Virus record (IMG/VR): IMGVR_UViG_3300028423_000904
Location: 1-64,000 of that record
Direction: 5' to 3' (one strand)
Length of the DNA: 64,000 nucleotides
From: a virus
This document shows positions 30,165-38,459 of the stretch, one piece after another; within the stretch, counting starts at the first letter, position 1; each line of letters starts with the position of its first letter. The position numbers were made by a program, and so were the translations under genes. The notes under the pieces are model-generated. The model saw nothing but the letters and a program-made list of their open reading frames with translations, was not told the origin of the DNA and made no database searches.

Positions 30165-30757
30165 GAAATGTAGCATCACTATTTGCGTTCATTGATATGC
30201 TCTTTAATTTCTTATTGGGGTTCACCTCATTGTTGATTCTCTCTTTTTTGATAATCAACCCGCCTGGCGACGTAGGAAAGATTGATCCCCCAGTAAAATT
30301 AATGGCCACAATTGAATGGGACGATGAAAGTTTGGCTGATATAGATATATGGGTCAGAGGTTATGATGAAGAATGGGTTGGCTTTACAAATAAGGACGGT
30401 TCTTATGTTTCACTTGAACGTGATGACCGTGGACAACGCACTGACATTATAACTGTCAATGGTGAAGACCAAATAATCATGCGAAATTTTGAAATTATGA
30501 ATTTTACTGAATTACCAGCAGGAGAGTATTTTTTCAATATACATCACTACAGTAATGGTGGTGATCTAGAGAGCCCAGATGTTGAAGTGAAAGTAACAGT
30601 TACCAATATGGATCCACACGAGCTTATATTCCAAGACACAACGGTGTTGTCATTAAAAGAAGAAAAAACAGTTCTCTCATTTGTTGTTGATCATGAAGGT
30701 AAAATATCCGATATCCGGACCGATGTTAGACTGCCACATAAAGAAATTGGAAATTAA
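30161..30757 (+). CDS. ExbD/TolR/MotB-like single-pass membrane protein with a periplasmic beta domain
   Basis: AFIDMLFNFLLGF TM helix with the conserved Asp; ATGA overlap with the ExbB-like gene; IEWDDESLADIDIWV domain. Confidence 0.65.
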   Translation: MRNVASLFAFIDMLFNFLLGFTSLLILSFLIINPPGDVGKIDPPVKLMATIEWDDESLADIDIWVRGYDEEWVGFTNKDGSYVSLERDDRGQRTDIITVNGEDQIIMRNFEIMNFTELPAGEYFFNIHHYSNGGDLESPDVEVKVTVTNMDPHELIFQDTTVLSLKEEKTVLSFVVDHEGKISDIRTDVRLPHKEIGN

Positions 30758-30759
30758 TT

Positions 30760-31203
30760 ATGAATTTAATACTTTCTCTGGTCGTTTTATTTGCAATTAC
30801 GATAGCATTTTTGACATACCGTTCAGATTCTCATTGGTCATTGAAATCTGTTGTCCTTCCAATTTTTTTGATTATAGCGTTATTAGGATATGAACATTAT
30901 GTAGATCATTTAGGAAAGCCACTCCTTGAAAAGCCAAAGGGAGATTATGAATATCATCACCATGTTGTAACATCTGAGTCAAATATTATTGCTTGGGTAA
31001 GAAATCGCGACGGTGAGCATCGTTTATATAAATTTCCTTACAATCGAGAAGATGCCAAAAAACTCGAGAAAGCCAAGCAAGAGACAAAACGAACGGGCAA
31101 GCCCGTTCGTTTGAAATTCAAAATGGGTGAAATAAGTCGAGTGAAAGACTCTGAAGAATGGGATATGCTTCCAAACAACCCAGTCAAACAGCCTGAAAAT
31201 TAA
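30760..31203 (+). CDS. Two-TM membrane protein, third gene of the membrane cassette
   Basis: Two N-terminal hydrophobic segments then a soluble domain; starts 2 nt after the preceding stop. Confidence 0.65.
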   Translation: MNLILSLVVLFAITIAFLTYRSDSHWSLKSVVLPIFLIIALLGYEHYVDHLGKPLLEKPKGDYEYHHHVVTSESNIIAWVRNRDGEHRLYKFPYNREDAKKLEKAKQETKRTGKPVRLKFKMGEISRVKDSEEWDMLPNNPVKQPEN

Positions 31204-31379
31204 GCAGCAGAGTTCTGCACATCGGCCATCATAACCGGCGCCAGCCAGGGCGCAACCGTAATAAGTGCACATACCAGAACAGTGCTAGCCACCATACTGG
31301 GAACCAAAAGAGTCTCGCCGTTATTGATAATCATCAAGCCAGCCGGCGAGATATTGACTTCAGTATCTTTGATCTTCAT
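31200..31379 (-). CDS. Small hydrophobic early protein
   Basis: Own TTGACA-N17-TATATT promoter and GGAGA RBS; hydrophobic C-terminal half. Confidence 0.55.
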   Translation of the reverse strand: MKIKDTEVNISPAGLMIINNGETLLVPSMVASTVLVCALITVAPWLAPVMMADVQNSAA

Positions 31380-31408
31380 GTTCATCTCCATGCTTGTGTT
31401 GTATTTAC

Positions 31409-31437
31409 AATATAAGGTAAGCTGTCTTGGTTGTCAA
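31409..31437 (-). promoter_or_regulatory. Early sigma70-type promoter
   Basis: TTGACA-N17-TATATT on the minus strand. Confidence 0.75.
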
Positions 31438-31450
31438 GCTAAATAATAGC

Positions 31451-31918
31451 ATGAGATGGTATCATTTAAATGAAGAATATGCAATCGATAATGTGGATGG
31501 TTGGGGCGCAGTCCCTAATAACCAGGAAGTAGATTATCTGGGATTGCGTGTTAAGATGACACCGCGAAATTTTATTAAATTGGCTGCACCACTAGGACAA
31601 GACCCTAGTGAAGAAATGATATCATACATTAAACAGAACAAACCAATTGGCGCTCCGTTTTTAATAGTTTCAATACCAGCCGAATGGGAAGATGGCGACT
31701 TTAGCGAGCCTGCTCGTATATTAGGGCATGAGGGACGGAATCGAATGACAACAATACAAGCGTTGCATGGTGATCATCCTCTTGAAGTTCATCTTTTCTT
31801 TACAGACGGTATGCGAGCACGTCATCTTACACCAGAAATGATAGAGAATATGAATTCTGGTATGGTTAAAGAAAAGTCTCGTCGAGTCATACCAGGCCCG
31901 CTGTTTAAGGCTGTATAA
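31451..31918 (+). CDS. ParB/Srx-like domain protein, candidate internal head protein
   Basis: PIGAPFL...ILGHEGRNR motif; N-terminus MRWYHLNE; CTAAATA motif 12 nt upstream. Confidence 0.5.
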   Translation: MRWYHLNEEYAIDNVDGWGAVPNNQEVDYLGLRVKMTPRNFIKLAAPLGQDPSEEMISYIKQNKPIGAPFLIVSIPAEWEDGDFSEPARILGHEGRNRMTTIQALHGDHPLEVHLFFTDGMRARHLTPEMIENMNSGMVKEKSRRVIPGPLFKAV

Positions 31919-31977
31919 TTTTTTTTGTCAAGATCGATAAATACTCATAACAGAGCGCATTATGAGGAGATAGACGA

Positions 31978-32580
31978 ATGGCAGTTCTTGATAAACTAAG
32001 TGTTCCAGTAAATGGAGAAACACAGGGCACACTGATGCCAAAGCTTCAGTATCGCTTCCGCGTCAACTTCATTAACATGGGACAAGGCGACACAAAAGTT
32101 GCAACCAATAACGTTGTCAGCGTCACACGTCCAAACGTTACACACGATGAAGTCCTAGTGGATACATACAATTCACGTATCTATCTAGCTGGTAAACATG
32201 CATGGGAGCCAGTTACTATTGAACTACGTGACGATATTACATCAGCAACCAGTGCATTGCTAGACCAGCAAGTTGCACGTCAAATCGACATGGCAAACCA
32301 GAGTTCACCACAAGCTGGTGTAAGCTATAAATTCCAGGTAGACATTGAAAACTTGAATGGTGCTAACCCAGATCCAGTCGTTCTTGATACTTGGAGACTG
32401 TATGGTTGCTATGTATCAAACCTAACATATAACGAGACAAACTACGGTTCAGGTGGTGAATACCAGACCATCTCAGTCCAACTTCGTTACGACAATGCTG
32501 CTCACGTTGTCGGTAGTGTTGATAACCTCAGCAACCCAACATTCTCAGCAAATCCAAACGAACAAGACGCAGCTAACTAA
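31978..32580 (+). CDS. gp19: Tail tube protein
   Basis: PKLQYRFRV, YLAGKHAWEPVTIELRDD, WRLYGC, LRYDNA; late motif and strong RBS. Confidence 0.85.
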   Translation: MAVLDKLSVPVNGETQGTLMPKLQYRFRVNFINMGQGDTKVATNNVVSVTRPNVTHDEVLVDTYNSRIYLAGKHAWEPVTIELRDDITSATSALLDQQVARQIDMANQSSPQAGVSYKFQVDIENLNGANPDPVVLDTWRLYGCYVSNLTYNETNYGSGGEYQTISVQLRYDNAAHVVGSVDNLSNPTFSANPNEQDAAN

Positions 32581-32591
32581 TAGCACAAATT

Positions 32592-32639
32592 AACCGGCTA
32601 GGATGATCTCAGATGAGCTGCCAATCCTAGCCGGTTTTT
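32592..32639 (+). terminator. Long hairpin/terminator after the tail tube gene
   Basis: AACCGGCTAGGAT...ATCCTAGCCGGTT followed by TTT. Confidence 0.7.
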
Positions 32640-32652
32640 CTAAGAGGTAAAA

Positions 32653-33282
32653 ATGGGTATTGTAAACTTTGCACAAAATACATTTAGAAGTGATAGTGAC
32701 CAAATTCTTGTACCAAGACAGAGGTTCAATTTCACGTTGGTTTTGGATATATTTGATCGCAACCCCGAAGTTTTTACCCGCGTTTCAAACGTAAGTGCAG
32801 CATCATATAATATCGATTCACAGTTAATGAATCAATACAACAAAAAACGAGTAGTACAAACTCGTCTGAATTATGAACCAATTCAGGTAGCATTTTACGA
32901 TACATTTGATAGCCAGTGGCATACAATCATGACTGAATATATGTCACATTACTACAATAACGGGGCTGGCGTCAACGTCAGAGAAAATCTTGAAGGATCC
33001 TCCACTGTTGATCCAAATTTTGAAACTGATCACGGATTCACCCCAAATGCCGATCGTTATTTCTTTCCTCAGATTCGTATTATCCAGAATGGACATCGCA
33101 ATAGCTATCGTGAAACTATATTAAAAAATCCACACATTACAAACATGCAAGGCGATACATTAGATTATTCAGACAGCCAGCCTGTAATGTATACAGTTTC
33201 ATTTCAACCAGAAAGTATTCAGACAAAAGAACATGCAGGGCAATTTGACTTACCATCATACCTTACAAGATCTGATTTCTGA
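32653..33282 (+). CDS. Tail tube-like protein (gp54/tube initiator-like)
   Basis: NQYNKKRVVQTRLNYEPIQVAFYD, LKNPHIT...DTLDYS tube-fold motifs. Confidence 0.65.
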   Translation: MGIVNFAQNTFRSDSDQILVPRQRFNFTLVLDIFDRNPEVFTRVSNVSAASYNIDSQLMNQYNKKRVVQTRLNYEPIQVAFYDTFDSQWHTIMTEYMSHYYNNGAGVNVRENLEGSSTVDPNFETDHGFTPNADRYFFPQIRIIQNGHRNSYRETILKNPHITNMQGDTLDYSDSQPVMYTVSFQPESIQTKEHAGQFDLPSYLTRSDF

Positions 33283-33298
33283 CTGAATAAATAAAATT

Positions 33299-33775
33299 AT
33301 GTCGAGTTATCAGCAAGGAAATTATCAACCCAAGAATACTGAAAAATATCTTGGGAAGCATGTGCCCAAATATCGTTCAGGTTGGGAATTGCAATTTATG
33401 CGTATGTGCGACAATCATCCAAATGTTTTGGGATGGGCTAGCGAAAGCCATCGAATTCCATATATCAATCCTGTTACAGGAAAGCGCTCAACATATGTTC
33501 CGGATTTTTTTGTGATTTACGTTGATAAAGAAGGCAAGCGACATGCAGAAATGGTAGAAGTCAAACCCAGTAGTCATGTGGTTGGAAATGCAAAAGGTCA
33601 ATATGACAAGGCTATGGCAGTTGTTAATGAAGCAAAATGGAAATATGCGAGACAGTGGTGCCAGCAGCAGGGAATTGGATTTCGTATTATAACTGAAAAC
33701 GAAATATTTAACAAGCCACAAAAACCAAAAGCACGCCGTGGCCCAAGAAAAGTGGCTAAGAGGAAAAAAAGATGA
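33299..33775 (+). CDS. gp4: Head completion nuclease gp4-like (TnsA-like fold)
   Basis: YRSGWE, WASESHRIPY, YVPDF, EVKP, NEAKW, ITENEIF. Confidence 0.9.
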   Translation: MSSYQQGNYQPKNTEKYLGKHVPKYRSGWELQFMRMCDNHPNVLGWASESHRIPYINPVTGKRSTYVPDFFVIYVDKEGKRHAEMVEVKPSSHVVGNAKGQYDKAMAVVNEAKWKYARQWCQQQGIGFRIITENEIFNKPQKPKARRGPRKVAKRKKR

Positions 33776-34149
33776 AAATACTAACATTTCTCTCGATGAT
33801 AACATTAGCAATGTTAGCAAGTAAACCAATCTTAGGGGCTGAGCGTGAAAGCTACTATTCAGGTTTGATTTGCGAACAAGAATATAATGGTTACGAACAA
33901 TCATTGCCTAGCGGCCTTCGCCCAGACTGTCAGACTCCATTCGTAATCATGGAATTTGATTGGGCTACACGATCAAAATCTTATCAGTGTATTGGGCAGT
34001 CATTAATTTATGCACAAGAATCCGGTCTGATTCCTGTTTGTATTTTACTCGCTAGAGATGATCAAGAACTTGAATTTGGTAACAGTTTGGATTTTTCAGA
34101 GTTTGGTATCATATTACACGTGATAGATACCAGACCATATGACCCATAA
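33772..34149 (+). CDS. Signal-peptide protein with PD-(D/E)XK-like motifs
   Basis: N-terminal MKILTFLSMITLAMLA; RPDC...MEFDWA...IGQSLIYA. Confidence 0.45.
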   Translation: MKILTFLSMITLAMLASKPILGAERESYYSGLICEQEYNGYEQSLPSGLRPDCQTPFVIMEFDWATRSKSYQCIGQSLIYAQESGLIPVCILLARDDQELEFGNSLDFSEFGIILHVIDTRPYDP

Positions 34150-34158
34150 GGAAATATC

Positions 34159-34680
34159 ATGACCAAGAAATTGGAAGAAGTTTTTAATTTACCCCCTATG
34201 GATCTTCCTAAAGATAAGGATGATACATCTGAATATTCTGAAGAAGAAATCCATGAAATCATGGAACGTGCAGATAAAATCGACGCTGCACTTCCACAAG
34301 TATCTGGTTTGGATAACATGGATGCAGATTATGATACATATGCAGATAAGGCCATATCAGCGTTTGATGATCTTGTAGATTTAAGTAAAAATGTTGAAGA
34401 TCGTCATGCTGCTGATATTGCCCAAGCAGCGAGTAGCATGTTAGGAAACGCTCTTACAGCAAAAACCAATAAAGCACAGAAGAAATTGGATATGGTAAAG
34501 CTTCAATTGCAAAAAGAAAAAATAGACCATGAAAAAGAAAAGCTTGCTTTCCAGAAAGAGCGTTATCTTAAAGATTATACCAGCGAAGATACTACTGAGA
34601 CAGAAGGAAGAGTAATTGCAACACGCAATGACATGCTAAATGAAATTCTCGAAGGTATGAAAAAAGACAATGACTCATAA
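34159..34680 (+). CDS. Probable terminase small subunit
   Basis: MTKKLEEVFNL N-terminus, helical body, C-terminal VIATRNDML; between gp4 and TerL. Confidence 0.55.
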   Translation: MTKKLEEVFNLPPMDLPKDKDDTSEYSEEEIHEIMERADKIDAALPQVSGLDNMDADYDTYADKAISAFDDLVDLSKNVEDRHAADIAQAASSMLGNALTAKTNKAQKKLDMVKLQLQKEKIDHEKEKLAFQKERYLKDYTSEDTTETEGRVIATRNDMLNEILEGMKKDNDS

Positions 34681-34703
34681 ATACAGTATAATGGGAGACT
34701 CCT

Positions 34704-35213
34704 ATGGTTAAAGATTTAGGGCAATATTTGGCAGAAAACGAAGCGATTCACGAGTTTCGTGTAAAGGTCGCTACTGAACCAACTGATGAGCAGCTCGACG
34801 CGATGGAGTTGCACCTGAGAAAATATGACGGGTTTGATATTACCACACCCAAAAAAACAATTATTCAACGTAATCCACGAGATTTCCGTAGCATTGACGC
34901 CGCAGAAGTCTATATGATAGATTTCAAAACACGTCAACCAGCAAGTCCACATCTTCTACTTGCTGAACTATCGCAAAAAATGGGCATACATGAACGTTTT
35001 CTAATCGTTCGTAACAAATTAGAGCCTCTGCATGTTGAAGACGAATCAGAGGAAATGCCCGAAGAAGATTACCAGACACGCCTTACAGATGAAGATTATA
35101 GCGAAGTTGAAAATACGAAAGCTGAAGACTTTTATGGTGAAGACTTTAAAGAATCATTTCTTAAATCAATTGCAAAAGAGCGTGCAGATCATCTAAAAAA
35201 GGTAGAGGACTAA
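34704..35213 (+). CDS. Conserved late protein, probable prohead/core component
   Basis: Late motif 34677; MVKDLGQYLAE N-terminus resembles T4 capsid-targeting sequences. Confidence 0.5.
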   Translation: MVKDLGQYLAENEAIHEFRVKVATEPTDEQLDAMELHLRKYDGFDITTPKKTIIQRNPRDFRSIDAAEVYMIDFKTRQPASPHLLLAELSQKMGIHERFLIVRNKLEPLHVEDESEEMPEEDYQTRLTDEDYSEVENTKAEDFYGEDFKESFLKSIAKERADHLKKVED

Positions 35214-35932
35214 TGGATCAGAAAGAAATTGAAAGACTACGACGTCTTGCAGGGAACGAAATTGCTCCGGAGCAACCAGAAGATCGTTCACGCAAGAACA
35301 TGTATGAAATTCGTCAGACTCTTAACGAAGCTGCAAAGCCAGACTATGCTGACATTGATGGCGATGGCGACAAAAAAGAAACAATGAAGAAAGCTGCCAA
35401 GGACAAAGAAGAAGCTAAAGAATCAGTTGAGGAAGAGCTCGAAGAAGAAGTGGACGAGCTAGAAGAACTTCGTCAGCTTTCCGGTTTTCCAGTAAATGAA
35501 AAATCCGAGTCAAAATCACAGCAAAGAGCAGCAGGCATGGCACTATCCGCAAAACGTGGAGAAATGAAAGTATCAGAATTAAAAGGTGCTGCAAAAGAAA
35601 TGTATGATGGTATGAGTGAAAAAGAACTGGAAGATTTTGCAGAAACCAAGCATAAAGGACTTCCTGACAAAGTTGAAGAAACAGCCGACCCATACCAAAA
35701 CACAGGACATATCAAAGACGACGCAGAAATGATGCGCGAATGGTCTAATTCAGTTTACAAGCAATATGATGACCGTGGGCATTATCAGGAACAGCCAGAA
35801 GGCGAAATAGTTGATCTCAGTCTACGTCGTTATTTGAATGCTGAACCACAAAAGGTTCAACTTGAAGAAGATATTGAAGAAGATGATATGCTTCGTGAAT
35901 ATAAAGAATTTAAAGGAAAGAAAAATGACTGA
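35213..35932 (+). CDS. Acidic probable prohead-core protein containing a DUF3008-like domain
   Basis: ERLRRLAG/EELRQLSG motifs, KPDYADIDGDGD, and SKSQQRAAGMALSAKRG...ELEDFAETKHKGLPDKV. Confidence 0.6.
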   Translation: MDQKEIERLRRLAGNEIAPEQPEDRSRKNMYEIRQTLNEAAKPDYADIDGDGDKKETMKKAAKDKEEAKESVEEELEEEVDELEELRQLSGFPVNEKSESKSQQRAAGMALSAKRGEMKVSELKGAAKEMYDGMSEKELEDFAETKHKGLPDKVEETADPYQNTGHIKDDAEMMREWSNSVYKQYDDRGHYQEQPEGEIVDLSLRRYLNAEPQKVQLEEDIEEDDMLREYKEFKGKKND

Positions 35933-36446
35933 TCTAAACCGTCTTCGTCATCTTGCAGGAATTTTGAATGAGAGCATAAATCCCGTACAAAAAGTTGACG
36001 GAAACTGGACTGATGGGACATACACGCATGGTGATCCGGTAGTTATTAATGGTCAGGGAATGAACCTTGAATGGGATCCTGAATCAGAATCATGGTGGGC
36101 AATCGGTGATGACGGTGACGAGATTGAATTTGATCCGGGTATGGAAGATCGTCATGATCCTCAATATAACCCATACGTGAAAAAAGAAGGTCTTGAAGAA
36201 GAATCCATAGAAGAAGATATGGAGCTCGAAGAAGAGACTGTTCGTAATCTAATGGCAAACGTTCAAGATATGGCCGAGCGTATTGAAAGCATTGCCAAAA
36301 AGAATGGTCGACTACATCAAGCTATAATAGATCTTGGCGGCGACGCAACACCACTTAAAGACCTAATACAAGCTGCTGATGATCTTTATCGTGCTAGTGA
36401 AGAAGTTGAATATAATGCTCTAGCTCATCGCACACCGCGTGAATAG
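35925..36446 (+). CDS. Acidic probable prohead-core protein
   Basis: Start reassigned to MTDLNRLRHLAGILNE after AAGGA RBS; shares the RLRxLAG motif with the upstream gene. Confidence 0.55.
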   Translation: MTDLNRLRHLAGILNESINPVQKVDGNWTDGTYTHGDPVVINGQGMNLEWDPESESWWAIGDDGDEIEFDPGMEDRHDPQYNPYVKKEGLEEESIEEDMELEEETVRNLMANVQDMAERIESIAKKNGRLHQAIIDLGGDATPLKDLIQAADDLYRASEEVEYNALAHRTPRE

Positions 36447-36455
36447 GAGTAATCA

Positions 36456-38015
36456 ATGAATACGGTCAATACAGACCTGATCAAGAAACCATACCAATCA
36501 GAAAAACTGACGAAAGAAGAATTAAGATCGCTTGCTCTTTCGTCATTTGATCCTCTGTATTTTATCCGTAATTTTTGTTATATTCAGCATCCTACAAAAG
36601 GACGTATGTCTTTTGACCTTTTTGATTATCAGGAAGGCTTGATAAATTCATACAATGATTACCGTTATTCTATCAGTCTTCTCTCACGCCAGACTGGTAA
36701 ATCAACATGTGCAGCCGCTTATCTACTGTGGTTTGCAATGTTTAAACCAGACAGCACAATCCTAATCGCAGCACACAAACGAGACGGCGCAAACGAAATC
36801 ATGACACGTTTGCGTTATATGTATGAGAGCTGCCCAGATCATGTCCGCGCAGGTGTAACAGCATATAATAAAGGTAGTGTTGAGTTTGATAACGGTAGTA
36901 AAATTATTGCACAAGCTACCACTGAAAATACCGGACGTGGTTTGTCACTTTCGCTAGTTTATTTGGACGAATTTGCATTCGTGCCGCCGCGCGTCGCACA
37001 GGAATTCTGGACCAGTATTTCACCTACATTGTCCACTGGTGGTAAATGTATTATTACATCTACACCCAACCAGGATGATGACCAATTTGCACAAATTTGG
37101 AAACAAGCTAACAAGCGTATTGACGAATACGGAAATGAAACAGACGTTGGTATCAACGGATTTCGACCATACTTGGTCACGTGGGAAGGACACCCGGACC
37201 GAGACCAGGAATGGGCAGATAACGAACGTGCCAAAATTGGCGAAGAAAGATTTCGACGTGAACACGAATGTGAATTTATTGCATTTGACGAAACACTGAT
37301 TAACAGCATGTTCCTTAGTGGCATGGATCTTGGAATGGAACCCATGCGCCGTAGTGGACAAGTGAGATGGTATGATCGTATCCAGGACGGACAAACCTAT
37401 ATTGTTGCTCTTGATCCAAGTCTAGGCACAGGTGGTGATCCATCTGCAATACAGGTTTATGCAATTCCAGGTATGCGCCAGATCGGCGAATGGCAACACA
37501 ACAAAACACCTGTTCAAGGTCAAATCAAGATCATGAAGGGTATATTAGAAGAACTAGAAGAACATGCTCCAAACAGTGAAATTTATTATAGTGTTGAAAA
37601 TAATACACTGGGTGAAGCTGCGATTGTTTCAATTGACGAAATGGGGGAAGAAAATATACCTGGTATATTCTTAAGCGAGCCCCGCCGCAAAGGCAATGTC
37701 AGAAGGTATCGCAGGGGGTTCAATACTACAAACTCAACTAAACTGTCTGCATGTGCAAAACTCAAACGTTGGATTGAAGAAGGCACAATGAAGATACGTA
37801 GTAAAAATCTCACACGTGAATTAAAAACATTTGTTGCTCGTGGTAATAGTTATGCAGCTAAAGATGGAGAAACCGACGATCTGGTAATGTCAAGTTTGCT
37901 CGCAGTTCGTATGGCAATGCAAGTTGCAAAATATGATGAAGAAACATTCAGTGATCTTAAAGATAGTTTTGATGATACAGAACTTCGTCGTCCAATGCCA
38001 GTAGGTTTCATATGA
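36456..38015 (+). CDS. terL: Terminase large subunit
   Basis: RQTGKST Walker A, YLDEFAF Walker B, TSTPN, DPSLGTGGD and TDDLVMS nuclease motifs. Confidence 0.97.
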   Translation: MNTVNTDLIKKPYQSEKLTKEELRSLALSSFDPLYFIRNFCYIQHPTKGRMSFDLFDYQEGLINSYNDYRYSISLLSRQTGKSTCAAAYLLWFAMFKPDSTILIAAHKRDGANEIMTRLRYMYESCPDHVRAGVTAYNKGSVEFDNGSKIIAQATTENTGRGLSLSLVYLDEFAFVPPRVAQEFWTSISPTLSTGGKCIITSTPNQDDDQFAQIWKQANKRIDEYGNETDVGINGFRPYLVTWEGHPDRDQEWADNERAKIGEERFRREHECEFIAFDETLINSMFLSGMDLGMEPMRRSGQVRWYDRIQDGQTYIVALDPSLGTGGDPSAIQVYAIPGMRQIGEWQHNKTPVQGQIKIMKGILEELEEHAPNSEIYYSVENNTLGEAAIVSIDEMGEENIPGIFLSEPRRKGNVRRYRRGFNTTNSTKLSACAKLKRWIEEGTMKIRSKNLTRELKTFVARGNSYAAKDGETDDLVMSSLLAVRMAMQVAKYDEETFSDLKDSFDDTELRRPMPVGFI

Positions 38016-38458
38016 GATACCGTCAGCTGATAGAAAGTCAGTCATTGGAAAAGCATACAATGTCTGGTGACGACATGGTACGATATATTATTAACCATGA
38101 AGATAAAAACTCAAATGTATTTGATCGTCTTAGATACCTTAATCCAAATGAAATGCAGAGAGAAATACATTTTTTCCATGCAGACCAAGGAAAGATTATA
38201 TCGAGTTTGGCCTTGCAATCCAATCCATATGATGATACTGAACTCTGGTTAAAACATGTTGTTGTTGATGAAGAATATCGCAACCGTGGTTTAGCGTCAG
38301 AACTTTATCAAATGGCTGTAGATTATGCTCGTAATCAGTCCAAGGCAATTAAACGCAGTAGTGCAACAGATATGGGACAAAAATACTTGTCACATGTTGT
38401 TGACCGTATTAAACGAAAAAACACAGATGTAGAAATACGCGATCAGGATAAATATTAA
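38012..38458 (+). CDS. GNAT acetyltransferase, candidate internal head protein
   Basis: VVVDEEYRNRGLASELYQ motif A; N-terminus MRYRQLIE; ATGA overlap with terL. Confidence 0.75.
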   Translation: MRYRQLIESQSLEKHTMSGDDMVRYIINHEDKNSNVFDRLRYLNPNEMQREIHFFHADQGKIISSLALQSNPYDDTELWLKHVVVDEEYRNRGLASELYQMAVDYARNQSKAIKRSSATDMGQKYLSHVVDRIKRKNTDVEIRDQDKY

Positions 38459-38459
38459 C

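Noticed and set aside
29712-31203. Calling the cassette a Zorya defence system
   Set aside because: No long ZorA cytoplasmic tail, no OmpA-like domain in the B subunit, and no ZorC/D/E genes
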